64,000 nucleotides of DNA from Hydrolagus colliei (taxonomy: Eukaryota): positions 16,368,001 to 16,432,000 of the forward strand of contig CM068749.1 in assembly GCA_035084275.1 (NCBI GenBank). The letters run 5' to 3'. Positions 1 to 11,710 of this stretch are shown here, piece after piece. The notes below the pieces were generated by a model. That model was not told where the DNA came from and made no database searches. It saw only the letters and a list, made by a program, of their open reading frames with translations. The position numbers and the translations under genes were made by a program. Each line of letters begins with the position of its first letter. Position 1 is the first letter of the stretch.

Positions 1-1437
1 TTTGAATGGGACTATTCGATAGAATGCAAATCTCCTTGGGGTATGATTTGTCTAATGGGACCTGCCCTAATGCAGACTCCTTGGAAATGGGACCTGTTTC
101 TGCTCTGCAGGAATTCACAGGGCATTTAGCTCTTTTTATTATATAATAACACTTATTAATATATTATTAAGCGTATAATTATGCTTACTCATGTCCAATT
201 AAATTTCTGAAGTCCTGAGGTACTCCACTAATTGAAACTGTGGACATCATTAAAATCACTTTGCAATTTGAAAGTTGGAATGTTGGGGGAGGGAGAAAGA
301 GATAGATGAGACAAAGGAGAGGAGAATACATTGGAGCCCTGATATAACACCATAGTGCTCACCATAACACTATAACAAGTGCCGTAGTCAGAAAGACAAT
401 ATTGCCAGTCACCAAATCTCCATTCACTGCATGTACCTGTCCGACTGCATCAGCCATTGCACTGGAAGCCAAAGTGACTGACTTCCGAGTTACCAGGTCA
501 CCATCAAGCTGACTTCCTTTGTGCAGCATATGTACTGCTAGGTGAAGTGATGGTGGTAATCTAATGCTCACTAAGTAGCCATTTGGGCTTCCCATTCCCT
601 AAAACATGGCTGATTTCCCATTGACTGAGATGATAGCAATATAGCACAGTGTCAGAACTGACCACGTTTAGAAGGTGGAGAAAGGACAGACCACTTAAAC
701 AGCATCACAAATCTGATTTATCAGCACTTGTAACCCCAAAGGAGGGCACATTTTTGGCAGGTTTTGTGAATAAAACCTTCAATTCAGTTATGTGGAGAGG
801 TATGTAAGGTGAAGTATGTGACAGATGAGGGGATGGAATAAACTTGGTAGTGAGGGAAATGACAGCTTGGAGTATCGAAGTTTAAGTGACTCTGCTATTG
901 TGTCAGCTCTTGTTGTAGTTTAGGTTAGCTGCAATTGCTTTCAGTGGACAAGGAGACTGTACAGGTGCCGTCAATGCCATTAATTCCAATGTCCGTGACA
1001 TCTCTGTTATCGTAAATTGAGTTTATACACTTGAGACTGCCAGTATTCCTGCTCCAATTTAGCTATGTTCTAACTTGATTATTACCAAATTTACTGCCGA
1101 ATTACTACTCTGTGCATTTTCTGGTCATGGACAAGCAATGTCAAACAGAATTAGATACCCACATGAGTGGCACAAAGAAAATTTTCAAACAAGGATACTA
1201 CTCAAAAGCCTTCTTTATCTTGCATCTCTAACTCTCTCTCACTCTTCGTGTATAAATTCTCTGGGATTGGGGTGCATCCCTCCAGGAAGACAGCCAACAC
1301 TTTACCAAAAAGGCTTATTTTAGACAACTTAAACACCTGTGGTTAAGGAACCTGAACCTTATGCAGATACACCAGTGATAAATAGCGGACGCTTGAAGGA
1401 GGAGTTGAATATGGACAATATTCCATTAAGTCCAGTG

Positions 1438-1705
1438 ACAACAACATCAGCGACAACAAAATTTCATTTGTAGAGTGCCTTTCAGTCAGGAGGATGTCCC
1501 AAGCTGCTGAACAGTCACGGGTCGGGACTCGAGGGGGTGGTGGTGGTGAAGTGGGGAGGGGGCAGAGAGGTAGGATGGTGATTGAAGGCATGGTTGAAGA
1601 GGAGGGTCTTGAGTCTGGCCTTGAAGGAGGCACGGGAGGGAGCCCAGAGGTGACAAACGCATATGTCAAGTCTAGAGGTGACCAATGCATGTGTAAGGGA
1701 GCAGG
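1438..1705 (-). mobile_element. L2-clade LINE 3' fragment with internal deletion
   Basis: Minus translation has HALVTSRLD joined to ASFKARLKTLLFNHAF, both L2 ORF2 C-terminal motifs. It is followed by the tail shared with the copies at 8817 and 61368 (CTTGGGACATCCTCC...AAAGGCACT...TTTTGTTG). Confidence 0.85.
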
Positions 1706-1789
1706 CATGACTTAAATAATTTGCATGGTTTATCATATTATGTTAGGATAAAATACTTGTGGGTTATTACGTACTCAGTGAAGCAATTT

Positions 1790-2400
1790 CTTGGTTGTTT
1801 ACTCTTCCGCTTTCTTACCTCATCTTCACTTTTATCACATCCAGGCTTCACTGTGCTAACTCTCTGCTGTCTAGTCTTCCCTACCTTTCCCTCCAAAAAA
1901 GATAGATTATTCAGGGCACTGCAACTCATACCCTCTCCCACTCCAGCCTCTATCCTAACCAGCTTATCACACCCACACCCAGTTTCACTGGCTCCCTGTC
2001 CCCTAGAGAATTGAATTTAAGATCCTCATCCTCAGCATCTTGTCCCTCCCTACCTCTGCAACCTACTGAAACCATTCCAACCTGTCCACTCCCTCTGCTC
2101 AGCAGGCACAGATCTGCTTCAAATGTCTCCTGTCCACTCTACCATTGGAGGTCAGACTGTCATTCTCTTATCCCTTCCACCCTCTGGAACTCCATCCCAG
2201 AATCCCTTCACCACGACCCTTCCCTTGCATCTTTTAAGGTCTATCTCAGGATCTTTGACCATACACCTTTCATCATCTTTCCTCTCAGTCCAAACTCTAG
2301 CTCGGAAAGAAATCCTTGACTCTTCAGCACCTTGGGACCTCCTCCAGAAATGAAGTGCTGTACTGTATATACATGCAATGTTGTTTGCTATGATTGTTAT
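1790..2400 (+). mobile_element. L2-clade LINE 3' fragment, degenerate
   Basis: CACTGGCTCCCTGTCCCCTAGAGAATTGAATTTAAGATCCTC reads HWLPVP*RIEFKIL. A LWNSIP motif and the tail CAGCACCTTGGGACCTCC follow. Confidence 0.85.
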
Positions 2401-3132
2401 TCTGCAGGTTCCACTTTCTGCAAAAATTGAACCGGTATCTTTGACATGGCATGATGTCTGCTGTCATCTAGTCCCATCTTACCCCCTCATGCCATTATTG
2501 TGGCATTGCTACAGCCTAAGTAGATTCTCTGCGTGTTCAGTAGTCCTCATTCAACAATTTGCTGGATGTGTTTTCGTTGCTTAAAATGCTAAAATGCATA
2601 GCTTTATTTTGCAATGTTACTGCCCTTTAATATTCTGGGGGGTTGGTAAGCATCTGTTTTCTCTCTCTCTTACATCAGCTCTGCTTGGGGGGGGGGGCAT
2701 TTAGATGAGAGAACTGGGGTAGATTGATGACCTCTTCAAAATGCCCAGCAGGGAGTTCATCTAATGCTATAACATATGCACATTATTAATAGGGCTGCAG
2801 TCTTCATTTGCTCGGTTAGGTCATGGCAATGAAATCTGCTCTATGATTTGTATTAGAGTAAAGAATTACTGAAGGTGCCTGTGGATGGTTTGTAACCTGC
2901 AGGTACAATTTGAAGTCAGTGACAAAACCATTTATAAACAATAGTAATTTCTTAACCACTTTAGATTGTGTTCCCCTATTCATAAGTGCTTATAACACCT
3001 GCTGGTGCAAACAGATAACCATATAATATACAGTATTTGAAATATTCTCTCTCTAATTCTGGGTTGGATGTAAAAAAAAATCTGTGCTTGTTGTAATGGT
3101 CTGGATTTTCAGCCCATTGAATATAAAAATAA

Positions 3133-3414
3133 ACAAAAACATAAAATACTGCAGATGCTGGAAAGCTGAAACGAAAACAGAGATCCCCAGGAGCACTCAG
3201 CAGGTCAGACAGCATCATGAGTCAACACTTCAGGTCCACGACCCTTCGTTCAGTCGAACAGAAAAGCAAACAGAATGAAGAATCTTCAAAACAAAAGAAT
3301 CTTCATTCTTCGTCAGAACGAAGGGTCGCGGACCCGAAACGTTGACTCACTTTTCTTTTCTCCATAGATGCTGCTTGACCTGCTGAATGTTCCCAGTGAT
3401 TTATGCTTTTGTTT
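3133..3414. mobile_element. Fold-back insertion of two inverted Penelope-like terminal-repeat fragments with degenerate hammerhead cores
   Basis: Arms 3218-3250 and 3317-3349 are reverse complements (29/33). AAATACTGCAGATGCTGGAAA and CTCAGCAGGTCAGACAGCATC match the chondrichthyan Penelope-type repeat as I recall it. A 16-bp direct repeat TTGAATATAAAAATAA lies at 3117-3132 and 3415-3430. Confidence 0.8.
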
Positions 3415-3469
3415 TTGAATATAAAAATAATCTTTGCTTTTGATACCAGATTGTCAAACTAACTATAAT

Positions 3470-3571
3470 GATTTGGTCACCCAATCCACGACTGTTTGTG
3501 GGACACCGCTGTGCGCAATTGGCTGCTGTGTGTCACGCACAAAATATACAGGCAATTCACTTTACAGTATA
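3470..3571 (+). mobile_element. Internal fragment of the young tRNA-derived SINE
   Basis: CAATCCACGACTGTTTGTGGGACAC...CAATTCACTTTACAGTAT matches the full copy at 32425-32751. Confidence 0.9.
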
Positions 3572-6500
3572 CAACTGATGGAGAACTTTTTGCAAATAAG
3601 CTCAAATGTATGTAGCTCTCTGAGGAAACAGTATGATTTAATTCTGGAAACTGCTTTTTGTTACATAAATTTGATTGCTGTAGTTAGGGAAGGTGAGGTA
3701 GTTCCCACGATGTATTGGTATTCTAAACCTTCGATAGCCTTTGTGAATCATTTGGCAGATTTGTATACTGCATTTTACACATTTCCACAGGAACCATCAG
3801 CTAACATTTGTTGTTTTGATAAAGTTCAATAAATGGATTGAATCTTTTTTTGACTTAAGTTGTATTGACATTTGTGATAAGATTTAAACAGAGTAACATA
3901 TTATTAAGACTTTTCGGAGCTTTTCGGATACTGTATAAGGCACTAGAATTGAACATTAAAGGATATGCAAAGCCCCTATCCATTTGTGCCGTTCATTATT
4001 ACTGACCCTCCCTGCCCACATTTAACTAACAAAAGAGACCTCCAAAGAGGTAAAGCCAAGGAGAGAGGAAGAACTATTTTCTTAACATTCCAGATCTTGC
4101 AAATCTGGCGCATTTGTTAAATTTAATCTTAGTTTGGCAGCTGTTTTTCTTCAAAGTATCTGCAGAAAACTGGCTCCTTAAAAAAACCCGAATTTAAGAA
4201 TGTGCCAAAATTTGCACGTTCAAAAGTGTTAAGAGAATACGGTGATCTCCTGATAGCTCATCACTCCAAGTGAAAAACGCTTAGTGACAAGTTATCTGGA
4301 GTGCCGAGTTAGACATATAAATAAATACATATATAAATGAGGCCAGTATATTGACAGATGACTTAAGTGGTAGTGATAAGTTAAGCCAGGCTTGAATTAA
4401 CAGGTGTTTACTGTAGTTTAAATCTACAACCAGGTGGAATATCTGACCTGATTTTCATTTAAAAGGAACTTAGATCTATGTATCAACTTGTTTGGCAGCC
4501 TGGAATAGAAGGAGCAGCAGATTGCCAGTATTTTTGTTGAGGTGAGCCAGATTGAGAGCACTAGTTTTAATGTTCCAAGTCTGAACTTCATGGGTAAACT
4601 GAACTATCAATGGAGCCAAAGTTTGCCCAACTTTTCATTCCAACATTAACTGTGCGATCACTTTGGAGCCAATCACGTTTACTGTTTGACTTTAAAATAT
4701 TTTCTTATGGATTTTCTGACCTTTCATTGTGGTGAAACTAAGAACACCATCAATCACTGTGCTGCCATTGGTGCTAGTTTGACTTCCAAGTAAAGGAGGA
4801 TGAATGAAATGTATATTGGCACAAATGCGTCGAGTGCCTTTGACTCCAAGTAAAGATCAGCTTGGCTCGTGAGATTTTATTTTTCTGGCTTAGTGCCAGT
4901 TCGCCAGTCCTTTGGTTATACAAGTCAATAAGAAGGGAAGCAGTGACCCGATGTAATAAAATTGAAGCCATGCAGACAACTATCCCTGTGACTTCAATTT
5001 GCCCACTTCAGGTCACTTCACACTTCTGCTTGACTCCAGTGGGAATACGGTCAGAAATTTACAAGTAAACCAATTTCAAATCGATATCCACTGAGAATGC
5101 ATCCTCGAAGGCAATAAGCACAAGTGAGTGTGATATCTTCATCCTTCATCAAATAAGGTCAGGTTAACTTGTTGAATCATCAACTGTAGGGTTATTTTCT
5201 AGTAATGGGCTAGAGTTCAGAATTGTGCTATTAATACACAAGCAGTACTGCAGCATTTTAGATTTGAATTTTACTGTGAGTCCAACTTACAGTGATGAAT
5301 TCAATAAGATCTCTAACCCTACACCAATGAGATTCATATTGTAGTAAGCAGCTATACTTAAAATATGTTTAGCATTAAATATTGCACTATGTGTCATTTC
5401 CATTTGCTTCTGTCTCCAAAATGGACTTAACTGCTTAAAGGTATATTTATGGTGTGGATTTGAAACTCCCTGTTGACAAAATTCAGTTTATCTTTAGTAA
5501 ATGGCTTTGTGCATTAGCGGTGGCTGTAATCAAATTTGTGACAGATGAGTTCTGTACAATTTGTTCCCATCATTAATTTGATGTTCTTTTAGCTTCAGTT
5601 GTATATAGCTAACTAATATTGTGTGCGACAACACTCGATAAAATAAGTTAAATAAAATGAGTTAAGTGAAGAATTACAATGATAAATGATACAATAGCAG
5701 CAGCACTGAACACATCCCATATGAGTCTCATCAGTCATCTTGGCCTCATGCTGCTCGCTGTTTGCCTTCTTTTTCCAAAATAAAAAGAGAAGCTTATCAG
5801 GTGCTTTGTAGCTTAGGACATATAGCTATGGTATGGGCATCAAGAACAAGAGGTTCCTGGCATTTGAGGCTTCCGACAAGAAGAGACGAGTGGTGAGTTT
5901 TATCATCTCATCATGGAGAACCACACAATGCTCTATCTAATGGCATAAACTAATGCAATTCAATCTGCAGCAAGCTTGTATCTCCTTTTGGTCATTAGCA
6001 GCAATGGTGCTGTTAAGAAGTCCGTGACCTAGATTGTTTGGCCCTCAAAGCTAAAGAGAGGCTGTCTGGGACTTAGTGATACCTTTGGGGAAACAAAGGG
6101 TCTAAGTAGAAGCTTAACATTTATTAATGTAAGTAGAAAATATCCATTTGCTGAACTAGACTGCAATTAAGGATAATATAACTCAAATAACTCAAGCAAT
6201 AAAGAAAGAAAAATGACATAGATGGAATGATTACCATGCCAAAACAATTAATTTGATTTTATCTTGTGGCTATCATATTTTTCATTTAGAGACTTTGCAA
6301 ATATAGCCATGTTTTCAATCAGGTTAGCGATATTAAAATCTCCTTAATTATTGTAAAATAATCTATTATATTAAAGTTATTGTAACCTCAGATTTGATTC
6401 AGAGTGACACAAGTGAAGAACCAGATATTCACTCTGCGGCTGCGGCTTAAAAATAACCGAAAAATTGTATTGTTTCTTTTTGGATAGCTGCCAATTTAGA

Positions 6501-7139
6501 TCTGCATTGCTTTTAGTCTGTGGTCTGCCCAGCAACACCCCTTGCTCTCTCTCTGAGTCTGAACACCTAAGGCTGACTAGCGTAGGTTTTATATAGCCTT
6601 GGTATAGATCAACATTAACCTTTTTCAACGTGATTCCTTGGGCAAAATCTAGTTTACAATCCAGTAGTGTCTTATTTTATTTATAATCAATTCAATCCCA
6701 GGGTTCAAACCTGTTAAATCTTCACCTGAGAGCTGCAGTATGTGCTTCACGAGCAGGAGGCCAACTTCAATCCTTGGATAAATGTTTAATAAATGTTTGT
6801 TTGTTTATTCATTGATTGACAAAGTTAACAGTATCAACTTTTGTTTTCTGCTCCCATTTATCTGTCTCTTACCCTTCCTCTTCGTACGCTTCTGCCTCCA
6901 ATCCCCTCATTGCTGAATTTGCTTTTGACTCCCTCTTCTCAGGCCCTGTTGAGGATATTTTACAGACAATGATGTATATAAAATACATTGAGACTGCTAT
7001 CCCACCATGCTATGTCCCCTGAATACTCCCCTTCATCCCCATTCTCATTGATATCTATGGAATATAAATTCCACGAGAATCTAACTTTTTCTGTTTCCCC
7101 TGATTATTCCATAAATATCTTGTTCTCGTGGCAAGAAAA

Positions 7140-7235
7140 AGAGCAAGAAATTATTGCTGTTTGTGCAGAGGCAAATAAACCCAAATTCTGAATTTGGAGA
7201 CATGGAAATTGGGTTGGAGATTAAAAAAGCGTTAC
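7140..7235 (+). mobile_element. Possible highly degenerate CR1 endonuclease-region remnant
   Basis: Frameshifted IIAVC...PNS...IGLEIKKA only weakly resembles the CR1 endonuclease VGVxYRPPNS...EIxxA segment. Confidence 0.25.
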
Positions 7236-7391
7236 GTCCGCTGGGATAATTGGCAGAGCTAGGAATAACTAGGCCATGGAGCCTTGAAAATGGATAAGAA
7301 TGGGTTAGAACAAGTATTTGGTAGTCAATTGTCACAGTCTGTTCTAAAACGAAATCGCAATTGCATTCCTAAACCATCTGATAAAGAGAAG

Positions 7392-7700
7392 AGCTTGCAT
7401 TTTTAAAGCATCCTGTTACATGATAAATATATCCAATTAATTGGGTGGAATTTGGTGAGGATTGAGAGAAATTCCCATCTCTTTACAAATAGTATCATGG
7501 GAACTTTGACTCTCACTTGAAGACAGGCAGATGGACCCCAGTTTAATATTTCATTTGAAGGACAGCATTTTCAACAATTCAACACTCCCCCAGTACTGAA
7601 CTGAGGTGTCAGCCTAAATGATGAGTTCAGTAATAGATAGGGCCTTAAATTTACACCTTTTGAGTAAGAGGCGAGAATGTTAGCGACTTAGCCAAACTGA
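7392..7700 (-). mobile_element. Old Deu-domain-type tRNA SINE
   Basis: GGCAGATGGACCCCAGTTTAATATTTCATTTGAAGGACAGC...CAGTACTGAACTGAGGTGTCAGCCTA...AGAGGCGAGAATG resembles the reverse strand of the DeuSINE/SacSINE1-like consensus as recalled. It is homologous to 27278-27502. Confidence 0.75.
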
Positions 7701-8374
7701 TCCTCATTAGAAACAACAGCAACTTGCATTTAAAAAGCATTCCTCATGCATCCCAGAACTCTTGACAGTGGTGAAGCAAGAAAGTTTTATAACAAAGTAA
7801 ATAACTAGCCAGCCTTTACCAGGAAGACACACAGTATTTGAATCCAATGAACAAACCTAATAGTGAAGATTACTATACAATGCAACCAAATCCTAACCCC
7901 AGCTAACACATAAGATTGGCCTGAAGTGATGTGGGACTTGTTAACTGATGTTTCTACTTACCTTGTCCCAGTCTGTTCCACATCAATGGAATTGAATAGC
8001 TGTTATTATGTTTGCTAGGAGACACTAACAAATAGACCTTTATAACACCCTTGGCTCATGTGGTTCTGTAAAACAGCATTGTTTTTCCTGCTCTCACTCG
8101 TGCAATGACAGCTTGAGCAAGAGAGAGAGATTGCACTGTTGGGTATGTTATAGGCTACCTTAACCAGCAGGGAAAGGTACTAGCTGAATGTGTGAAAAGC
8201 ATTTCTGAAAGATCTATTGTCTGTCAAAGGGGGAGGGGAGGTGGGAGGCACTAAATGTGTTTAAATCCCACCAGGCTCTCCCATTTATCCTCTGGAAATA
8301 TGACTGCCATCTTTTAACAGCAACTAGAATTGCAATTTTCAAATCATTACAACATTGCAGACATTTTACTTTGT

Positions 8375-8578
8375 ATTTGTTGGTCAAGAAAGTGGGAGAA
8401 ACTCCATTCTCTTTCACATATTATACCGTACTTGAATCTTTAATGTGCACCTGAAGTCGCAACACTACCAACATGCAGCACACTCCCCCACTACCACAAC
8501 AGAATAGTTGCCTAGATGAGGAGATACAGTCCCAATGTGGGGCCTTGAATCTACAATCCAGAGGAGAGAATTAGCCAT
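8375..8578 (-). mobile_element. Old Deu-domain-type SINE, degenerate
   Basis: Shares TGGGAGAAACTCCATT and ATCTTTAATGTGCACCTGAA exactly with the copy at 27400-27467. Confidence 0.65.
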
Positions 8579-8678
8579 AGTTTGCTTAGAAATCAGAACA
8601 TTTGTTTCAAATGTCATCATAGTGAAAAGTTAATGTCTCTCTGAGGTTTACAGCAGATTTATATTCAGCAGTAAGTAT

Positions 8679-8780
8679 TAATAATGATAATCCTTGCATT
8701 GATGTAGCTCCTTACTATTTATTTGAGATGTCTCAAGGTACTTCACCGTGAATTGATTGTATTTTGTGGGCGAATTGTGA
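8679..8780 (-). mobile_element. 3' fragment of the young tRNA-derived SINE
   Basis: ATAATCCTTGCATTGATGTAGC...GTGAATTGATTGTATTTTGTGGGCGAA is the reverse SINE tail. Confidence 0.8.
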
Positions 8781-8816
8781 TCTAAGCACTAGTTCTGCAC
8801 TAAGCTCTGTCAAGCT

Positions 8817-9285
8817 ATCATCCCATTCTTGCCTAAATCCACTGGTTTCCCATCACTCAGAGGATTAATTCAAGATCCTGGTTCTCACCTTCAAAGCCCT
8901 CCATGGCCTTGCCCCACCCTACCTCTGTGATCTGCAAATCCTCTACCAACCTGTCAAATCCCTCCACTAAGCGGGCTCCGGCCTGGTCCATGTCCCCTGA
9001 CCTACATGCCCCACCCTCAGTGGGCAAGCCTTCAGGCACTCTGCCCCCAACTTGTGGAATTCCATCCCGCAGTCCCTCCACCTCGCCTCCTCCCTACCCT
9101 CCTTACACGTCCCACTTCAAGACCCTCCTGTTCAACCGTGCCATTGGTCACTCTCCTTACCCCACTTTCCTCCACCATCCCCAATCCCGACCCCAGCTTG
9201 GGTCTGAAACAATGACTGTCCAGCACCTTGGGACGTCCTCCCAATGTGAAAGGCACTATACAAATATGATTTTATTGTTGTTGTT
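8817..9285 (+). mobile_element. L2-clade LINE 3' fragment
   Basis: Encodes HWFPITQRI/FKILVLTFKALHGLAPPYLCDL and FKTLLFNRA, and ends in a TTGTTGTTG tail. Closely similar to 61368-61858. Confidence 0.92.
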
Positions 9286-10539
9286 AAAGACTGCCTTAAG
9301 TATAAAGCCTTACCTTAGATTTTTGTTTCAGTAAAACTAACAAACGTGGGAAATACTTTAGTTGTTCCAGTCCCAACTAAGACTCTGAGGGTCACAATTT
9401 ATGGAATCCCAGAAATAAACCCACACTCATCAGGTGTCAGCATTAATGTGTTGAAAATAATTCAGAATGACAAATGAATAGCATTTTGGCTTGTTACTAA
9501 AAGAAAATCCAAATTTTAGGCATTGCCCTGGCTTTAGTGGATTTTATTATAATTCCTTAATTGTGAAATATCTGTTAATTAATCACCAAAACTGTGTAAT
9601 TATTGGACAGATTCTTTGCAATATCCGTACATTATGATGCTCTTGTAATGTTGCCCATCAACAATATTTCTGGATTACTGCTTTGAATTATGTTTACTTT
9701 GGCAGGAAATAAAGGAAGCAATAAACACTGAGCGTATTACCAAAACCAGATTTTTGCATTTTATTACAAGCTGAAGCCAACTTGTGGGAGAGAGCTGCAG
9801 TAACAAAGGATTGTTTCCCCCAACCCCCCGCCCATCGAAGAACAGCACTGTAACCTTCTCTAGGTTGATGGAACAGGACTAATTTATTAAGAAACAGTAT
9901 GCTATTCTTAAACTGCAAAATCAAGGTTGACATCTGCTGTTTCTCTGACATGGTTTAAAGCTGTAGAGGCCATTTTTTTCTAACTAAACAAATGAGGATT
10001 TACTAACTGTACAAAGACTATGCCACACTGCCTTTACTAAAAGCATATTATAGCTCCTTTAACAAAGGTTAATGCTGCTGAACTTTAATTTGAAAAGGAA
10101 AAACCTTTGCTTCATATTAAATTAATTATCAGCGTTGCTGCAATTTGGAGACAAAGGTAATGTTTTTTTTAAAGATACCAACCTGCATTAGAAAATGTGT
10201 CCCATAAGAGTGCCCTATGGCTGCTTTTCATTGACCTAATTACCCAAGAAATTATTGGCATGCGCTTAAGTGTGTATGAGGAGATGAGGCATATGCAAGT
10301 CATAATGTGATTAGCAGCAAACTCAACAAATAAAATTAAGTACTGTACTAGTATGTAATGGTAATAAATGTTCAGGTTGCATTAAATTGCACACAGCATA
10401 AGATGCAGCACTTAGGGTCTCCCAGATCTGTTAAGTAAAAGTTTTATCATTAGCCTATACGACAGACAGGTTTGGTTACCTAAATGTGCCCTTCTGATGA
10501 CAGTATTATTTGTTTGGAACTAACACTTCTGTGTTTGCT

Positions 10540-10775
10540 TGATTTAGTCGGTAGCACTCTCACCTTGAGGTCAGAAGGTTGAGTGTACAAACTCCTTGTT
10601 TGCACTTGGAATTTCTCCCGGTATCCTGACCAACAATCCTTCAAAATAATTGGTCATTCACCTCAAGGCTGTTTGTGGGACAAATAGCTGCCTTTAAACA
10701 TAGACAAAAACAATGTGTACATTTGACAGTAATTACCTGTGCAGTGCAGTGAGATGCAGACATTATAAAGTGCTC
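10540..10775 (+). mobile_element. Old tRNA-head Deu-type SINE, internally deleted
   Basis: GGTAGCACTCTCACCTTGAGGTCAGAAGGTTG head, then TTCTCCCGGTATCCTGACCAACA and AATTGGTCATT...GCTGTTTGTGGGA body segments. Confidence 0.65.
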
Positions 10776-10889
10776 TTCCTATTTTTACGCATTCTTAGGG
10801 TTCAGAGATTGCCAATCTTTCTATGCTTACTGTGGTTAATTGCAGCCTAAATGTTGTTTTTCTGAAACAATATGGAGTCTTCGAGAACT

Positions 10890-11020
10890 ACAGCAAAAAC
10901 CAACTTGTATTTATAGAGCTCCCTCAGAACACTTCAAGAATTGATTCCGATACCAAGAAAGGGAAAGGGCAGAGTGGCCGTAAGTGCACTTGAAGAGGTA
11001 GGCTTTGAGGCAGGACCTTT
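10890..11020 (-). mobile_element. Degenerate L2 3' tail
   Basis: AACTTGTATTTATAGAGC...TTGAAGAGGTAGGCTTTGAG resembles the reverse L2 tail at 1438-1650. Confidence 0.45.
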
Positions 11021-11331
11021 TTCATCAGCCTAATGTCTGACACATATAGAAACCCATCAAAATGTGTAAGAGTATCTAAACCAAACTGAGAATTCAATAC
11101 ATCTCACATACACATGGAATTTACAGAGATATTTATTGGAATGGAATATACACTCTCTCCAGAAGGACGTAACTTGTTCACTTATTTGTGAGAAGTATAA
11201 CAAGAGCCAAGGTTAGCGGACTCCCGAGTGTACATTGGGTTACTACTAGAGTCGTAACCAACTGAAATCGCACAGATTGCCGTTGAGAGCTTTGCCTGGC
11301 AAGCTTCCCTGCTGCTTGTTCAGCTAGGAGC

Positions 11332-11710
11332 CAGGGCCGGCGCTACCTTTAGGTGAACTAGGCGGTCGCCCAGGGTGCCAAAATTTGGGGGGGCTCTGGC
11401 CCTGGTTACAGAGCACGTACGGTTTGCTGCGGCGGCAAAAATTACTGCTGTCGCCTGCTGGCGTATAGGGGCAGAGGCATGGGAGTTAGCAGTAAGTTGA
11501 ACAAGCAGTACACACATGCTCATACCGTTTTTAGCGCACTACATACACATATGTAGGATGGTGTGATTTTAAAAGGACTACACAAACATAAACGCAATGA
11601 ACAAGCAGTGAACAGCAGTAAGTAGTATTAACATTAGCTTATCAAAAGTTACTAGGGGGCGCACATTTGAAGGCTTGCCTAGAACGCCAAATATCCTTGC
11701 GCCGTTCCTG
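11332..11710. mobile_element. Non-autonomous hAT DNA transposon (MITE, Tip100-like termini)
   Basis: Termini CAGGGCCGGCGC and GCGCCGTTCCTG are inverted (10/12). A perfect 8-bp TSD CTAGGAGC lies at 11324-11331 and 11711-11718. Ends are GC/CpG-rich in an AT-rich background, and there is no transposase ORF. Confidence 0.9.

Noticed and set aside
359-595. Minus ORF with repeated GDLVT and a possible exon at 363-537
   Set aside because: No recognisable homolog, and splice-like signals of this strength occur by chance in 64 kb.
2324-2340. TTCAGCACC, the left half of an RE1/NRSE site, in L2 tails; also CAGCACCGCGGA near 37802
   Set aside because: The right half GGACAG is absent, so these are not canonical REST sites.
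3694-3703. TGAGGTAGTT, a let-7-like start
   Set aside because: The match ends after 9 nt and there is no hairpin.
7962-8065. Strong minus-strand donor GTAAGT with an EF-hand-like peptide LFNSIDVEQTGT
   Set aside because: The best acceptor gives stops in all three frames. A non-coding exon cannot be excluded but is unsupported.
8903-9334. Pro/Ser-rich ORFs here and at 1343-1708, 2011-2319 and 61228-61671
   Set aside because: They are off-frame translations of C-rich L2 remnants.
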